Position numbers and translations under genes: made by a program
Assembly: GCA_038063915.1 (NCBI GenBank)
Contig: JBBTUE010000004.1
Location: 38,719-102,718 of the forward strand
Direction of reading: 5' to 3'
DNA from: Patescibacteria group bacterium
GTDB taxonomy: Bacteria > Patescibacteriota > Minisyncoccia > Phycocordibacterales > UBA9973
Length of the DNA: 64,000 bases
Shown here: in pieces, positions 61,196 through 64,000 of the stretch
Layout: each line of letters starts with the position of its first letter
How positions within the stretch are numbered: the stretch's first letter is position 1
Notes under the pieces: model-generated
What the model saw: the letters and a program-made list of their open reading frames with translations, nothing else
What the model was told of the DNA's origin: nothing
The model's database searches: none

Positions 61196-61762
61196 TTAAT
61201 TGGAATTTGTTAATTTGATATAAATATCGTCACTTGTGACCAGATTACATGCCCCTCCGACGCTTGCATTGTCGGTCGGGTAGTTTTGAGTTCCATTTCT
61301 TCCATACGAGGCCACTACAGAGTAGGCGACGTCAATGGAATTTACACATACATGATAGTCTGGATCAAAAACATAAGAGTGATTCCAAAGGTCGGTTGCA
61401 CTTACTGCGTAAGGTCCCTTCCATCTAGCAATATCTGTGGCATTCCAACTGCATGTTCCGGATGAAAAAACACTTGGAGCCGCTAATAATCCAGCATTTG
61501 CATCTATTAGGTCAACTTCGGGGTTTGAGACTTCATCTACTTCACAACCATTGGGCCACTTTGATGTATCATTTTCAAGCATAACTATCGAGCTCCGGAG
61601 ATTTTTTATTTCAAGAGTTGCTTTTACATTCTCAGCTTCTATTTTTGCGTTATTCATTGTTACCATTATGATACTTGCTAATATACCAATAATTGCAATA
61701 ACAATAAGAAGCTCTAAGACAGTAAAACCCCCAGTTTTTTTAGTTTTTTTGGGCACAGTCAT
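61196..61762 (-). CDS. GspG-like pseudopilin
   Basis: GG|FTVLELLIVIAIIGILA, WKGPY, DLW...Y, SYG.NG. Confidence 0.85.
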   Translation of the reverse strand: MTVPKKTKKTGGFTVLELLIVIAIIGILASIIMVTMNNAKIEAENVKATLEIKNLRSSIVMLENDTSKWPNGCEVDEVSNPEVDLIDANAGLLAAPSVFSSGTCSWNATDIARWKGPYAVSATDLWNHSYVFDPDYHVCVNSIDVAYSVVASYGRNGTQNYPTDNASVGGACNLVTSDDIYIKLTNSN

Positions 61763-61862
61763 ATTTTAACGCAAATTAGGTAATAATACTATTTAGTTAG
61801 CGTTATTGACAACAGTTTTTATTATCATAAAATATAGTATTATAAAGGTAAGATAAAGATTT

Positions 61863-63170
61863 ATGAATAATTCAACACGAAAATTTAAAGAAATGTTCAA
61901 AGACCCAGTAGTACGTACGGTGGTCGTAAGTTTTCTTACTATTGTTGTTACTCTCGGTCTTATATTTGGGGCTGCTTGGTATTATCGTGGAAAAATTTTC
62001 CAATTACTTGCCACAAATTATGAAATCAATCAAAAAAATTCAAGCTCAAATTTGGTTTTTGATCCTAGGTCAAAAGAAGAAACTTCCTCATCCAACGGTG
62101 CACCACTAGTCCAAGCTAAGGAAGATAATGTTGTAAATGCAGTAAAGAGGGCCAAGCCTGCTGTGGTGTCTATTATTATTAGTAAAGAAGTCCCAAAGTA
62201 TGATGTTTCTTACGATCAAGGAGGTGATCCATTTGGTGGGATGTTCCCAGGCTTTTTCTTTCAAACTCCAACATATAAACAAAATGGTACAGAGAAAAAG
62301 CAACTTGGTAGCGGCTCTGGATTTTTAATTTCTTCCGATGGCATGATAGTCACAAATAAACATGTAGTTGCCGACAGCGATGCTATATACGAGGTGCTTT
62401 TAAATAATGGCAAGAAATACACAGCAAAAGTTCTCGCTCGTGACGGGGTTCTTGATGTCGCAATAGTTAAAATTAGCGCATCAGATCTACCGTATCTTAA
62501 TTTAGCTGATTCAGATACTCTCGATGTTGGAGAAAGTGTCATAGCTATCGGTAATGCACTGGGGGAATTTAAAAATACCGTTTCTGTCGGTGTTGTATCA
62601 GGACTCTCTCGATCTGTTGTAGCTGGAAATGGCATGGGCCAGTCAGAAAGACTCGACAAGGTTATCCAAACTGATGCTGCAATTAACCCAGGTAATTCTG
62701 GTGGCCCACTTCTAAATATCCATGGCGATGTTATCGGTATAAATGTTGCAGTCGTACAAGGTTCTTCGAACGTTGGATTTGCATTGCCTATTAACAGTGT
62801 AAAGAGTGCCATAAATTCTGTTAAAAGTAGTGGTAAAATTGTCCGACCATATGTCGGAATTCGTTATATCAATGTGACTGCAGAGCTGAAGGCCAAGAAT
62901 AATTTGACTGTTGATTATGGAGTACTAGTGCAAAGAGGAGCAACTACCACGGATCTCGCAGTTGTTCCAGGTTCACCGGCTGATAAAGCAGGGATAGTTG
63001 AAAATGATATTATTCTAGAGATAGATGGTACCAAGATTGATGAAAATCAGAACTTCGCGTATCTTATACGAGATAAAAAAGTAGGCGATACTGTGACTAT
63101 GAAAGTATTGTCAAAAGGCATCGTAAAAACTGTCACCCTTCGCCTCGAAGCCGCTCCAGATAATCTATAG
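61863..63170 (+). CDS. htrA: HtrA/DegP serine protease
   Basis: GSGF, TNKHVV, QTDAAINPGNSGGPL, PDZ domain. Confidence 0.95.
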   Translation: MNNSTRKFKEMFKDPVVRTVVVSFLTIVVTLGLIFGAAWYYRGKIFQLLATNYEINQKNSSSNLVFDPRSKEETSSSNGAPLVQAKEDNVVNAVKRAKPAVVSIIISKEVPKYDVSYDQGGDPFGGMFPGFFFQTPTYKQNGTEKKQLGSGSGFLISSDGMIVTNKHVVADSDAIYEVLLNNGKKYTAKVLARDGVLDVAIVKISASDLPYLNLADSDTLDVGESVIAIGNALGEFKNTVSVGVVSGLSRSVVAGNGMGQSERLDKVIQTDAAINPGNSGGPLLNIHGDVIGINVAVVQGSSNVGFALPINSVKSAINSVKSSGKIVRPYVGIRYINVTAELKAKNNLTVDYGVLVQRGATTTDLAVVPGSPADKAGIVENDIILEIDGTKIDENQNFAYLIRDKKVGDTVTMKVLSKGIVKTVTLRLEAAPDNL

Positions 63171-63207
63171 AGTTCGCTTATTTTTATAGAGAGTATATAA
63201 TAGTTTT

Positions 63208-63537
63208 ATGGTTGATCTAAAAGAACTTCAAAAAGAAGTAATGAGAAATAAGATTGAGAAGGGGTTTAATACGACTGATGTCGCGCTTGAGTTTTGTCGT
63301 GCCCACGAAGAGCTTTCTGAAGCTTTTTCAAAATTTAGTAAGAATCAAGACGGAGTTGCAGAAGAGTTTGCTGATGTCGCTGTTTTTTTACTTGGCATGG
63401 CTGAAATACTTGGTTATGATTTAGAAAAAGAACTAGTTAATAAAATTGAAATTAATAAGAAAAGAAAATATAGAAAAGAAAAGTCCCCAGATGGTAAAGA
63501 TATTTTTATAAGAATCAAAACGGTTGAAGATCAATAA
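63208..63537 (+). CDS. MazG-like pyrophosphohydrolase
   Basis: EELSE...EEFADV, K...N..R. Confidence 0.75.
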   Translation: MVDLKELQKEVMRNKIEKGFNTTDVALEFCRAHEELSEAFSKFSKNQDGVAEEFADVAVFLLGMAEILGYDLEKELVNKIEINKKRKYRKEKSPDGKDIFIRIKTVEDQ

Positions 63538-63552
63538 AAAATCCGCCTAAAC

Positions 63553-64000
63553 TTAGGCGGATTTTTTATATTCTACGAATGAATAAGGGATAGGATTATC
63601 TAGATAGTCTTCACGCGCTGTTTCTTGCCATACATTTTTATCTATAGCGGGGAATAGAGTGTCGCCTTCAAAATCTTTATGAATTTCTGTGATGTAGAGT
63701 TTATTTGCTTTACCTATCCCTTGCCTATATATCTCTCCTCCACCAATTATAAATACTTCGACTTGGTCTTGGTTCTCTTCAAACCCTCTACCTTGCTCAA
63801 GGGATGCGACACGCAATGCTTCATCAAGTGACCCTACTATGTCTATGTCAGCTTTGAAGTAATTCACATCACGAGTTATGATAATATTTCTCCTATTTTG
63901 TAGGGGTTTGCCTATACTCTCATATGTCTTCCTACCCATGATTACTGTGTGACCGCGAGTTTTATTGCTAAAGTGCTTCATGTCTTCAGGCAAGTCCCAG
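63553..64000 (-). CDS. folA: dihydrofolate reductase (5' end outside the window)
   Basis: W.LPEDMKHF, IMGRKTYESIG.PL..R.NI, IIGGGEIY, GDTLFP. Confidence 0.95.
   Translation of the reverse strand, partial: WDLPEDMKHFSNKTRGHTVIMGRKTYESIGKPLQNRRNIIITRDVNYFKADIDIVGSLDEALRVASLEQGRGFEENQDQVEVFIIGGGEIYRQGIGKANKLYITEIHKDFEGDTLFPAIDKNVWQETAREDYLDNPIPYSFVEYKKSA

Overview
AT-rich, gene-dense bacterial chromosome segment. Its content points to Patescibacteria/CPR, Parcubacteria-like (inference): a full type IV pilus cluster, no PilQ, salvage-type metabolism, a short RF2 and many apparently leaderless genes. The housekeeping backbone is infC, truB, smpB/tmRNA, mscL, ftsH, recG, ligA, gatCA, prfB, ftsEX, pyrG, htrA, folA and 9 tRNAs. 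The standout is an ~8.1 kb island (9080-17171) just downstream of a tRNA-Ile(UAU) and bounded by a 166-bp inverted repeat. It carries an apparently complete diversity-generating retroelement (DGR): one 110-bp template repeat, an RT, an Avd gene lying antisense between TR and RT, and two target genes whose variable repeats differ from the TR almost only at adenines (15 of 16 and 16 of 16 mismatches). One target is a MoxR-type AAA+ ATPase and the other a coiled-coil protein; they flank a HExxH-peptidase/vWA gene, which suggests a hypervariable MoxR-vWA machine. The island also holds an unexplained, highly structured ~380-nt GC-rich element. Other oddities are a tRNA-Ser(ACU), an antisense trailer behind tRNA-Gln, Bacteroidota-like secreted beta-strand proteins and a deoD with one in-frame stop. 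All product calls rest on motif recognition by eye; no searches were run.
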